Below are positions 10,699-20,020 of a stretch of 64,000 nucleotides of DNA, piece after piece (the first letter of the stretch is position 1; every line of letters begins with the position of its first letter). The notes beneath the pieces were generated by a model, which searched no databases, was not told the DNA's origin, and saw only the letters and a list, made by a program, of their open reading frames with translations. A program made the translations under genes and the position numbers. This stretch comes from Candidatus Aminicenantes bacterium (GTDB lineage: Bacteria; Acidobacteriota; Aminicenantia; Aminicenantales; JAFGBC01). The DNA lies in contig OY969696.1 in assembly GCA_963702005.1 (NCBI GenBank), positions 3,264,001 through 3,328,000 of the forward strand, read 5' to 3'.

Positions 10699-13668
10699 AT
10701 GGACGGCCCGGGGGATTGCGTTATCCTATGCCTGTTCCCGAGGAGGCGGGCGCCGTCCGGATTTCATTCGCCGGCGGCTTCCCCGGGGAAGAGTGAGAAG
10801 GAGGAGACCCCCATCATCCATCGATCCCCGGCGGCCGAGATCCTTCATTTGAACCGGCTTATCCGGGCCTGCGGAGACGTCCATGAGCTCATCAGCAAGA
10901 AGACGGACGCCCACGATCTGCTCTTGTCGGCCGGCCGGATTCTCAAGGCGGGAATCGGATTTCAGATAGTCCGGTTTTTTCTGAACGACGATAAGGGTCG
11001 GCCGCACCCCCTGTCCGAAGCCGGCGGACTGGGACCGGCCGGGGCGGCCCTCCGCTGCGGACCCCCAGACTGCGTTAGGGCCGCCAAAACGGCCCGGGAG
11101 AAGATCTCGATCCCTCCCCGCTGCCGGCTCGCTCCCGTTCGGAGCAAGGCGTGGTCGCTCTGTCTCGCGCTCGGCCACGGCCCGCTTGCGTTCGGCTTCA
11201 TGTGCGTCGTCGGACAACGGGAACTATCCCGGTCCGGGGACAACGACGTCGTCAAACTTCTCAAGGAGATCGGCCGGGACCTGGGCTTCGCCATCCGGAA
11301 TATCCGCCAAGAGGACCGGCGCCGGAGGGTCGAGGCCGAGCTGACCGCTCTCAAAGATTTCCACCAGAACATCGTGTCGAGCCTGGCCGAGGGCATCTTG
11401 ATCGAGGACGCCAAGGGGATTATCGCCTTTCTCAACCCCAGTCTGGAAAGGCTCCTGGGCTACCGGGCCGAGGAGCTCATCGGCCTGCATTGGACGAAGA
11501 TCGTCCCCGTCAAGGAGGTCCAAAAGATAGGTCAGAAAGTCCGAGCCCGCAGGACAAAAACCCTCGAAATCTATGAAGCCCGCGTTCTGACCAAGGACGG
11601 CCGGGAGATCCCGGTTTTAATCGGGGCCCAATCTCTCTTCGAACGGGGCCGCTTCAACGGCGTCCTTTCCGCTTTTACGGACATCTCCGAGCTCAAGCGA
11701 GCCGAGGAAGCTTTCCAGAAAGAGGCCAGCAAACTCTCGGCCATGATCTCCGGGATGCAGGAGGGCGTCGTCTTCGCCGACGGCCAGGAGCGCGTCGTCG
11801 AGGCCAACAGCTACTTTCTGCGGCTGTTCCGGCTGCGGCGCAATGAGGTCGTCGGCCGCAGCCTCTGGGACCTCCCGACCGGGATCGACCAGACCCGGCT
11901 GCGGGCCCTCATCAAGGGATTCAAGGCCGTCCCGACCGCGCCTCCGGTGACCGTCCAGATACCCCTGGCCGGGCTCGAAGCGGCCCTCCGCCTTCAGCCC
12001 GTCCTCCGCCATAACGCCTACGACGGCATTCTGCTCAACCTCATCGACGTGACCGAGCTCGTCCAGGCCAGGCTCCAGGCCCAGGAGGCCAGCCGTGCCA
12101 AGAGCGAGTTCTTGGCCAACATGAGCCACGAGATCCGGACCCCGCTCAACGGGATCCTGGGCATGACCGACCTCTCGCTGGGGACCGTCCTCCGCCCCGA
12201 ACAGAAAGACTATCTCCTCTCGATCCGCTCCTCGGCCGATTCCCTGATGACGGTCATCAACGACATCCTCGATTTCTCGAAGATCGAGGCCCGCAAGATC
12301 GACTTTCAACGGACCGCGTTCCGCCTGGTCGATTCGGTCCGTCAGGCCGTATCTTCGCTGGCCCTGGAAGCCCACCAGAAAGGGATCGAGCTGGCCCTGG
12401 ACACCGATCCGAACCTGCCCGCCGCCGTCATCGGGGACGCCCAGAGGCTTCGCCAGGTTCTGGTCAACCTCGTCGTCAACGCCGTCAAATTCACCGAACG
12501 GGGCGAAGTCGTCGTGACCGTCCGGCCGAAATGGATGGATAAAGACAAGGTCCTTCTGGAATTTTCGGTCAAGGATACCGGGATCGGCATCCCGCTCGAG
12601 AAACAAAACACGATCTTCCAGCCTTTCGTCCAGGCGGACGGTTCTTGGTCCCGGACGTATAAAGGCACCGGCTTGGGGCTGTCCATTTCCTCCCAGCTCG
12701 TCGAGATGATGGGAGGAACGATCTGGGTCGAAAGCAAGGCCGGTCAGGGCAGCACGTTCCGGTTCACGGTTCGCTTCGACCTCCCCCGCCTCAGAAAAGC
12801 GCCGCCCCAGGACGCGTCCGGCCGGATGCTCAAGAACAAGGTCGTCTTGGTCGTCGACGACAACGCGGCGGCCCGGCGCATCGAGTGCGGCCTCCTCTCC
12901 CGCTGGGGTCTGGTCGCCCTGCCCGCCCCCGATGGAGCGACGGCCCGATTTCTTTTAAAGGAAAAAGTCAAAGAAGGCCTTCGCGTTCCACTGGCCCTCA
13001 TCGACGCGGGCCTGCCGGACGGAAACGGATCAGCCTGGGCCGTCCGACTCAGGAAGATCCCCGGCTTGGCCGGCCTTCGCGTCATCCTGCTCGCGACGGC
13101 GGATATGTCGGGCGCGAACGCGGCGGCCGGAACGGGAATCTTCGCGTCGCTGGTGAAGCCGGTCGATCCCGCCGAGCTGCGCAGGCTCGTCGTGGCCGGA
13201 CTGACGGGCCGCTCCCGGCCTTCCCTGAGGGCGGAACGGAAAGATGGCCGCCGGGATCGGACGGAGACGCGGAGCCTCCGCATCCTGCTGGCCGAGGACA
13301 ACGTCATCAACCAGAAAGTGGCGGAACGGATGCTGGCTCAAAGGGGTCACGCGGTGGCCCTCGCCTCCGACGGCCGTCAGGTCCTGAAGCTCCTGGAGAA
13401 GCACCGTTTCGACCTCGCCCTGATGGACGTTCAGATGCCGCATATAGACGGGTTCGAAGTCACCGCCCTGATCCGACGCCGGGAACGGGCCGGCGACGGC
13501 CATTTGCCGATCATCGCCTTGACGGCCTACGCCCTCAAGGGCGACCGGGAACGCTGTCTGGCGGCCGGCATGGACGGATATCTGGCCAAGCCGCTCCATT
13601 CCGAGGATATGTTCACGACGATCGCCAAGGTCATGGCCAAGGCGCGAAAGGGGACTCGCCATGCTTAG
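10699..13668 (+). CDS. Hybrid sensor histidine kinase (GAF-like, 2 PAS, HisKA, HATPase, 2 REC); start uncertain
   Basis: [59 protein letters not shown]. Confidence 0.92.
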   Translation: MDGPGDCVILCLFPRRRAPSGFHSPAASPGKSEKEETPIIHRSPAAEILHLNRLIRACGDVHELISKKTDAHDLLLSAGRILKAGIGFQIVRFFLNDDKGRPHPLSEAGGLGPAGAALRCGPPDCVRAAKTAREKISIPPRCRLAPVRSKAWSLCLALGHGPLAFGFMCVVGQRELSRSGDNDVVKLLKEIGRDLGFAIRNIRQEDRRRRVEAELTALKDFHQNIVSSLAEGILIEDAKGIIAFLNPSLERLLGYRAEELIGLHWTKIVPVKEVQKIGQKVRARRTKTLEIYEARVLTKDGREIPVLIGAQSLFERGRFNGVLSAFTDISELKRAEEAFQKEASKLSAMISGMQEGVVFADGQERVVEANSYFLRLFRLRRNEVVGRSLWDLPTGIDQTRLRALIKGFKAVPTAPPVTVQIPLAGLEAALRLQPVLRHNAYDGILLNLIDVTELVQARLQAQEASRAKSEFLANMSHEIRTPLNGILGMTDLSLGTVLRPEQKDYLLSIRSSADSLMTVINDILDFSKIEARKIDFQRTAFRLVDSVRQAVSSLALEAHQKGIELALDTDPNLPAAVIGDAQRLRQVLVNLVVNAVKFTERGEVVVTVRPKWMDKDKVLLEFSVKDTGIGIPLEKQNTIFQPFVQADGSWSRTYKGTGLGLSISSQLVEMMGGTIWVESKAGQGSTFRFTVRFDLPRLRKAPPQDASGRMLKNKVVLVVDDNAAARRIECGLLSRWGLVALPAPDGATARFLLKEKVKEGLRVPLALIDAGLPDGNGSAWAVRLRKIPGLAGLRVILLATADMSGANAAAGTGIFASLVKPVDPAELRRLVVAGLTGRSRPSLRAERKDGRRDRTETRSLRILLAEDNVINQKVAERMLAQRGHAVALASDGRQVLKLLEKHRFDLALMDVQMPHIDGFEVTALIRRRERAGDGHLPIIALTAYALKGDRERCLAAGMDGYLAKPLHSEDMFTTIAKVMAKARKGTRHA

Positions 13669-14653
13669 TGAAAGACCATCCGCACGCGTCTCCAATCCGG
13701 AAGCCGCCGAGCGGATGACCGTCCTCATCGCCGACGACGACGTCCTGGCCGCCAAGGTCTTGGAAAAAACGCTCAAGAAATGGGGCTACGACGTCGTCCG
13801 GGCCAAGAACGGCGAGGAGGCCTGGGAACAGCTCGAGAAGAAGAGCTTGCGTCTCGCCATCCTGGACTGGATGATGCCCAAGCTGGACGGCGTCCAGCTC
13901 TGCCGGAAGGTCCGCCGCAAGAAGGGTGCGACCTACACCTACATCATCCTCCTGACCGCCCGGGATTACTTCGAAGACATCATCAGGGGACTCTCGGCCG
14001 GCGCCGACGATTATATGACGAAACCCGTCAACCTCCTCGAGCTCAAGGCCCGGCTTCAGACCGGCCTCCGCATCCTCGAGCTCGAGGATAAGCTCCTCGA
14101 ATCCCGCCAGGAGCTCAAGGAGATGGCCGCCCACGACAGCCTGACCGGACTCTGGAACCGATCCTCCATCCTCGAATTCCTGGAGGATGAGCTCGAGAAG
14201 TCCCGCCGGGAGCGGAGCTCGATCGGCGTCATCATGATCGACGTCGATCATTTCAAGAGGATCAACGATACCTTCGGACACGCCGTCGGAGATCAGGTCC
14301 TGAACCGGATCGCGGACTGCCTCAAGACCAATATCCGCCGCTACAATAAGATCGGCCGCTACGGGGGGGACGAAATGGTCGTCGTCCTTCCCGATTGTCA
14401 GAAGGACCACCTCGAGAAGATCGCCGAACGGTTGCGCGCCTCGGTCGCCCGCCATCGCTTCAAGACCGAGCCGGGAGCCCTCAAGGTGACCATCTCCTGC
14501 GGAGGGGCCTCCTCGGAGAGCTTCCAGCACGCCACCCTTCGCCAGCTCCTCCAAGCCAGCGATCGCGCCCTGTATGAAGCCAAGGCCAAGGGCCGGAATC
14601 TCGTCGTCCTGTTCAAGCCGGGCCGGGCCAAGAGGCGGAAAAAGAAGGCTTGA
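13661..14653 (+). CDS. Response regulator-diguanylate cyclase (REC-GGDEF)
   Basis: ILDWMMP..DG, DSLTGLWNR, DVDHFKRINDTFGHAVGD, RYGGDEM. Confidence 0.92.
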   Translation: MLSERPSARVSNPEAAERMTVLIADDDVLAAKVLEKTLKKWGYDVVRAKNGEEAWEQLEKKSLRLAILDWMMPKLDGVQLCRKVRRKKGATYTYIILLTARDYFEDIIRGLSAGADDYMTKPVNLLELKARLQTGLRILELEDKLLESRQELKEMAAHDSLTGLWNRSSILEFLEDELEKSRRERSSIGVIMIDVDHFKRINDTFGHAVGDQVLNRIADCLKTNIRRYNKIGRYGGDEMVVVLPDCQKDHLEKIAERLRASVARHRFKTEPGALKVTISCGGASSESFQHATLRQLLQASDRALYEAKAKGRNLVVLFKPGRAKRRKKKA

Positions 14654-14660
14654 CGGCTTG

Positions 14661-15068
14661 ATGAAAAAACCGGAGCCGCCCCTCCCCTCTTGGGACGAGA
14701 GGGCGGCATTGCGCGCGGCGGGGGGGAACGCCGCGTTCCTCGACGAGTTGATGACCCTCTTCCTCAAGGACGCCGCCAAAGGAGTCGCCCGCATCAAAAG
14801 TCTGGCGCGCGCCCGCCGATTCGAAGACCTCGAGAAAGAGGCTCACCGGCTGAAAGGGGCTTCCTTGACTTTGAGTCTTCGGAGTCTGGCGGAGTCGCTA
14901 TCGGCATTGGAAGCGGCGGCCCGGGAGGGAAAGGACCGCTCGGTCGCCTCGAGCGCGGAACGACTCGCAACCGAACTCGACGCGCTCCGCCGCTTCCGGG
15001 CGGAAAGAACGAAACGCCCTCCGGATTCGACGGCCGGCCGTTCCCGAAACGTCAAACGCCCGGCTTGA
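14661..15068 (+). CDS. Hpt phosphotransfer domain protein
   Basis: AHRLKGAS motif, all-helical sequence, in the operon with the hybrid kinase. Confidence 0.85.
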   Translation: MKKPEPPLPSWDERAALRAAGGNAAFLDELMTLFLKDAAKGVARIKSLARARRFEDLEKEAHRLKGASLTLSLRSLAESLSALEAAAREGKDRSVASSAERLATELDALRRFRAERTKRPPDSTAGRSRNVKRPA

Positions 15069-16938
15069 TCTTGTAGACGCCGGCACCTTGGGTTCCGGCG
15101 TAAAGCGTCACCCGATCAAGCGGGTCGAAGACAAGCGATCTTAACATCATGTCGGGGCAGAGCCCGGCGCTCATCAGAGTCCAGGTTTGACCGCCGTCCC
15201 GGCTCCGATAAACCCCGAGGTTCGAGACGCCCGCGTAGAGATATTGCGGATTCTTGGGATCGATCGCGAATGCGTCGATATACCTGCAAGAGGGCAGGCC
15301 GTCGTTCATCGCCGTCCAGCTCGCTCCGTGGTTGATGCTTTTGTAAACACCGTATCCGGCCGTCCCCGCATAAAGGATGCCGCTCGGATCGGCGGTAAGA
15401 TTATAGACGTTCGTATCGGCCATCCCCACCGGTTTCCAGGTCGAGCCGGACGCGGTTCCTTTATAGACGCCCTGTGCGGAGTAGACAAAGACGACGCCCT
15501 GAGCCGAAGGGTCGAAAATCAGGCCGCCCGGGGACTTGGATTTAAGCCCCAGATAGGCCCAAGAAGCTCCGCCGTTCACGCTCCGGTAGATGCCCTTATT
15601 GTGATAGACGGCGAAAACCCTGTCCGGTTGGGCGGGGTCGATGGCGACGCATCCGCAATAATAATCGGGCAGGTTCAGCTTGGTCCAGGTCGCGCCTCCG
15701 TCCGTAGTCTTAAAAACGCCCTGGTATGTGGTTCCGGCATAAATGATCTTCGAGTTCAAGGGATTAATGGCAAAGCTGGCATAGCTCGCGCCCTTGCTCA
15801 GGGGGGGAACCACCAGGCTGCGCCAGGAGGCGCCTCCGCCCATGCCCTTGAAAAGGTCGAAATCGCTGCCGACATAGAGGAGCCCTTTCGTCTTTTTATC
15901 GAAGGCGACCGCCATGATCTTCTGGGCGGCCATCCCTTTGTTCACGGCGGTCCAGCTCTGGGCGCCGTTTGTGGTCCGGAAGACGCCATCGAAGCAGGTG
16001 CCGAGATAGATCGTGCTCGGGAGAGATCGGGCGACGGCCAAGTTATAGATTCTGAGGGAAGCCAGCCCCGTATTTTGAGAGGTCCAGGTCGCGCCTCCGT
16101 CCGTGCTCGCGTAAAATCCCGTATCAAAGCTCCCCAGATAGACGGTGCCCGAAACCTTGGGGTTGAGGGCCAGGCACCAGGGATCGAAGTCCAAACCGAT
16201 CTGAGTCCAGGTCGCGCCCGCGTTCTTGCTCTTATAGAGTGCGCCCGACACGGCGTAGAGGGTGCGAGAATCGAAGGGATCGAGGGCGACGGCCTTGGTG
16301 TCCGAGTTCAGGCCCAGGGAGGCCCAGGTCGCGCCTCCGTTCGTGCTCTTGAAAAGCCCAAGGCCGCCGTTGACGCCCGCATAGACGACCTGGGGATTGG
16401 AGGGGTCTATGGCCAGGCATAGGACATTCTGATTAGAAAACGCGGTGTTGAGCCAGACCCAACTCGTCCCGCCGTTGGTCGTCTTGTAGATGCCGTATCC
16501 CTGCGACCCGGCGTAAATCGTCTTGGAGGAGCCGGGGACGACGGCGATCGCCGAGATAGTCCTTTCACTGAGCAACGTGCCGTTGAGGGAGACCCAGCTC
16601 GTGCCCATATTCGTGCTTTTAAAAATGCCTTGTTTCGTCCCCGCATAAACCGCGCCGGGATTGCTCTTATCCACGGCAAGGCACCTGGCCTCGGGCCAAA
16701 CGACGCCCCGGCCGACGGGCTGCCAGGACGCGCCGTTATTGGTGGTCCGGAAAACCCCTCCATACCAGGTCGCGCAGTAAGCGGTTGTCGAAACGGTCGG
16801 GTGGACGGCCAGGTCGGCGATGAAACCGCCGGTCGGGCCGATCGATTTCCAGGCCGGGGCCCTGTCGGCAGCCCGTACGGGAGCTATGGCAAGGCAACAC
16901 AGCAACAGGCAGACGGACGAAACCCTTACGATTTTCAT
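15052..16938 (-). CDS. Secreted BNR/Asp-box beta-propeller repeat protein (sortilin/GH74-like)
   Basis: Signal peptide; repeated YAGT..GxFKSTxGGxTW units; GAGGAGG before ATG 16938. Confidence 0.85.
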   Translation of the reverse strand: MKIVRVSSVCLLLCCLAIAPVRAADRAPAWKSIGPTGGFIADLAVHPTVSTTAYCATWYGGVFRTTNNGASWQPVGRGVVWPEARCLAVDKSNPGAVYAGTKQGIFKSTNMGTSWVSLNGTLLSERTISAIAVVPGSSKTIYAGSQGYGIYKTTNGGTSWVWLNTAFSNQNVLCLAIDPSNPQVVYAGVNGGLGLFKSTNGGATWASLGLNSDTKAVALDPFDSRTLYAVSGALYKSKNAGATWTQIGLDFDPWCLALNPKVSGTVYLGSFDTGFYASTDGGATWTSQNTGLASLRIYNLAVARSLPSTIYLGTCFDGVFRTTNGAQSWTAVNKGMAAQKIMAVAFDKKTKGLLYVGSDFDLFKGMGGGASWRSLVVPPLSKGASYASFAINPLNSKIIYAGTTYQGVFKTTDGGATWTKLNLPDYYCGCVAIDPAQPDRVFAVYHNKGIYRSVNGGASWAYLGLKSKSPGGLIFDPSAQGVVFVYSAQGVYKGTASGSTWKPVGMADTNVYNLTADPSGILYAGTAGYGVYKSINHGASWTAMNDGLPSCRYIDAFAIDPKNPQYLYAGVSNLGVYRSRDGGQTWTLMSAGLCPDMMLRSLVFDPLDRVTLYAGTQGAGVYKIKPGV

Positions 16939-16991
16939 TGGGATATCCTCCTCAACGGTCAATCGCCGCTCTTTCCTGAGTACTTTAGATA

Positions 16992-17903
16992 TTATCGAGG
17001 GATTTTGTCAACCGCTTTCCGGATCTCGTCCAGGAACGCTCTTCCCGCTTCTTCCGAGACTCCTTTGCCCCTGATCAGCCCGAACAGGAATCGGCCCTGT
17101 CGTCCAAGGTACTGATCGTCGCCCGACGCTCCCCGGAGATGGACGTCCTCCCCGAATTCCGTTTTCGTCCAGCGGTTCCTGGTTTGAAAATCCAGGTACT
17201 GCTTAAGCATGCTCTCGACCTCTTCCGGAGAAGCGGCGGCGACGATGAAGCCGTCGAAGGCGGCGCCCTCCGGGCTGTAGCTCGCGAGATAGCCGTCATG
17301 AAGAAAGCCGAAGCCGAGGACGTTGCGGAGGATGAATTTTTCGCTGTTGGCGACGAGGCCGCGGCGCGGGAGAGACTGGAGGAGAGGCGGAAAGCCCTCG
17401 GGCTCCGCGGAAGATTTAGCGATGATGTCCCGAGCGAATCCGAGGAGCGTGGCCGAGCCGTCCCCTTCGCAATCGAAGCAGAGGAGCTTCACGTAATAGC
17501 GGCCGTGGAGAAAATTCAGGACGCCGTCCTCCGCGTAGCCCTGGCTGCCGACGTCGAGGAAGCGGCTGTCGGGAAAACGCTCGGCGCCGTAGATGCCGAA
17601 AGCGTTCAGGGCGGTCCCCATATCATAGATTTCGACGGTGACGGCGGCCTTGGAGGCGTCGGCGGCGTACTGACCCACGACAAGCTCCTTGAAGTCGTAG
17701 CTCAGATAGGCCTCGGCCCCGCCGTCGATATATTCGAAGAGGTTCTCGGGCCCGAAGGTCCGCGGCTCCTCGCCGAAATGCCAGCCGGAAAGGACCGGAA
17801 GGAGCCGGTTCAGGACGGCCGAGGAAGACGGGAGAGCGGCCGCGAACGAAACGGACAGGGTCAGCACGGCCGCGAAGGGAACGAGTTTCTTTATGAAGGT
17901 CAT
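16992..17903 (-). CDS. Exported DUF6599-like protein
   Basis: Signal peptide; NLFEYIDGGAEAYLSYDF, VEIYDMG...AFGIY; AAGGAG before ATG 17903. Confidence 0.75.
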   Translation of the reverse strand: MTFIKKLVPFAAVLTLSVSFAAALPSSSAVLNRLLPVLSGWHFGEEPRTFGPENLFEYIDGGAEAYLSYDFKELVVGQYAADASKAAVTVEIYDMGTALNAFGIYGAERFPDSRFLDVGSQGYAEDGVLNFLHGRYYVKLLCFDCEGDGSATLLGFARDIIAKSSAEPEGFPPLLQSLPRRGLVANSEKFILRNVLGFGFLHDGYLASYSPEGAAFDGFIVAAASPEEVESMLKQYLDFQTRNRWTKTEFGEDVHLRGASGDDQYLGRQGRFLFGLIRGKGVSEEAGRAFLDEIRKAVDKIPR

Positions 17904-17937
17904 GGTCCGACTCCTTGGGGCATCGAGCCCGGCTCCT

Positions 17938-17988
17938 AATGTACCCTTGTCCGCGCGCGTTGACAAGTCTCGGGGACAAGAGTAATTT
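17938..17988. promoter_or_regulatory. Back-to-back divergent sigma70 promoters with overlapping -35 boxes
   Basis: + strand TTGACA(17960)-N17-TAATTT; - strand TTGTCA(17966)-N17-TACATT. Confidence 0.55.
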
Positions 17989-17997
17989 CGTAATGGA

Positions 17998-18894
17998 ATG
18001 GCCAAGCCGAAAGTCGTCGTGGTCAAGGCCCGGGGCGTCCTCGTCGGCTCGGACGAGATCGATGGGGCGCGCCTTCTGCGCATGTACGAGCGGGGCCTGC
18101 GCGCTCTGACCGGCGCATCCTCCCTAGCCGAAGGTCTGCGCCGGTTTTTTGCGCCGGCCGACCGGGTCGGGATCAAGGTCAATACGATCGGAGGTCGGAA
18201 GCTCTCGACCCGGCCCGAAGTCGCGCTGGGACTGGCCGGAGTTCTCAAGGGATCTGGACTCTCCGAAAACAACATCCTCATCTGGGACCGGACGAACCGC
18301 GAGCTCAAGGACGCCGGCTACGGCCTCAGCTTGGGATCGAACGGCTTTAAGATTTACGGAACGGACACGGACGGGGCGGGTTACGACGACGAGCTCTACT
18401 CGCAGGGCAACATCGGGAGCCTGTTCGCCTCGATCCAAAGCCGGTTCGCGACGGCCTCGATCAGCCTGGCCATCCTCAAGGACCATGGCCTGGCCGGCGT
18501 CACGGCCGGGATGAAGAATTACTTCGGGGCCATCCACAACCCCAACAAGTACCATGACTCGCACTGCGACCCATTTGTCGCCGAGGTCTTTGCCGCGCCC
18601 AAGGTCAAGGACCGCCACCGGCTGACCGTCCTCGACGCCCTCGTCGTCCAGTTCCACCGGGGACCTTCCTTCCATGCTCAATGGGCCGACCGGAGCGAAA
18701 CGCTCGTTTTCGGGACCGACCCGGTCGCGACCGACGCGGTCGGCTGGCGGATGATCGAACGGCTCCGGGCCGCCAAGGGTTTGCCCTCGCTGTCCGAGGA
18801 CGGCCGCGAACCCCGCTATCTCCTGACCGCGGAATCGATGGGGTTGGGCAAGGCGGACTCGGCCGCGATCGAGGTCGTCGAGGAGGAGGCCTAA
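17998..18894 (+). CDS. DUF362 family (putative Fe-S) protein
   Basis: DRVGIKVN, LKDHGLAGVTAGMKNYFG, GTDPVATD. Confidence 0.85.
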   Translation: MAKPKVVVVKARGVLVGSDEIDGARLLRMYERGLRALTGASSLAEGLRRFFAPADRVGIKVNTIGGRKLSTRPEVALGLAGVLKGSGLSENNILIWDRTNRELKDAGYGLSLGSNGFKIYGTDTDGAGYDDELYSQGNIGSLFASIQSRFATASISLAILKDHGLAGVTAGMKNYFGAIHNPNKYHDSHCDPFVAEVFAAPKVKDRHRLTVLDALVVQFHRGPSFHAQWADRSETLVFGTDPVATDAVGWRMIERLRAAKGLPSLSEDGREPRYLLTAESMGLGKADSAAIEVVEEEA

Positions 18895-18898
18895 AGAT

Positions 18899-20020
18899 AT
18901 GAAAAGACGCCAATTCCTCCAGACCGCCGCCGGGACGGGGCTTGCGCTCGGGTCCCAGGCCGGCCCTTTTCTCCAGGAGCTCTGGGCCTTCGGCGAAACG
19001 GCCAACCTCTCCGAGGTCGAAGCCCGCTTCTACAAAAAGCTCCCGGACCGGGAGATCGAATGCAACCTCTGCCCCCGGAACTGCCGGCTGGGCGACAAGG
19101 AGCGCGGCTACTGCGGCGTCCGCGAGAACCGGGACGGCACCTATTACACGCTCGTCTACGGAAAGGCCTGCTCGGCCAACCCCGACCCGATCGAGAAGAA
19201 GCCCTTCTTCCACTTCCTGCCGGGAACGACGGCCTTCTCGATCGCCTCGGCCGGCTGCAACGTCAACTGCAAGTTCTGCCAGAACTGGGAGATTTCCCAA
19301 GTCCGGCCCGAACAGATCCGCCACATCGACCTCCTGCCGGCACGGGTCGCCGAGGCCGCCCGTCGGATGAGCTGCGCCTCGATCGCCTACACCTACTCAG
19401 AGCCCATCGTTTTCTACGAATACATGTATGACTCGGCCGTCGAGGGCCGCCGGCTCGGCCTCCGGAGCGCCGTCGTCACGGCCGGCCATATCAACCCCGA
19501 GCCGCTCCGGGAGCTCCTCAAGGTGGTCGATGCGATCAAGGTCGACCTCAAAGCTTTCCGCCAGGACTTCTATGCCCGGTACGTCCGGGGCGAGCTCAAG
19601 CCCGTCCTCGAGGCCATTAAGATGATCGCGGCCAGCAAGGTCTGGCTCGAGATCGTCAACCTGGTTATTCCCTCCCTCAACGACGATCCTGCCGACCTCC
19701 GCGACATGGCCCGCTGGATCCGGGACGAGGCCGGGCCCGACGTTCCCCTCCACTTCTCCCGATTCCAACCCATGTACCTCATCAAGAACCTGCCGCCGAC
19801 TCCGATCTCGACCCTGGATAAGGCTCGGGCGGTCGCCCTGGAGGAGGGACTCCATTACGTCTACGTCGGCAACGTCCCGGGCCATCCGGGCGAGAACACG
19901 AATTGCCCGAGCTGCGGCCGGCGGCTCATCGAGAGGTACATCTTCGAGATCCGCGCCATGGAAATCAAGGACGGCCGCTGCCCGTCCTGCGGGACCGTCA
20001 TCCCCGGCATCTGGAGCTGA
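18899..20020 (+). CDS. amrS: AmmeMemoRadiSam-system radical SAM enzyme with twin-arginine signal
   Basis: CNLCPRNC, DPIEKKPFFHF.PG, GCNVNCKFCQNWEISQ, YVYVGNVPG, C-terminal CxxC pairs; N-terminus MKRRQFL. Confidence 0.9.
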   Translation: MKRRQFLQTAAGTGLALGSQAGPFLQELWAFGETANLSEVEARFYKKLPDREIECNLCPRNCRLGDKERGYCGVRENRDGTYYTLVYGKACSANPDPIEKKPFFHFLPGTTAFSIASAGCNVNCKFCQNWEISQVRPEQIRHIDLLPARVAEAARRMSCASIAYTYSEPIVFYEYMYDSAVEGRRLGLRSAVVTAGHINPEPLRELLKVVDAIKVDLKAFRQDFYARYVRGELKPVLEAIKMIAASKVWLEIVNLVIPSLNDDPADLRDMARWIRDEAGPDVPLHFSRFQPMYLIKNLPPTPISTLDKARAVALEEGLHYVYVGNVPGHPGENTNCPSCGRRLIERYIFEIRAMEIKDGRCPSCGTVIPGIWS

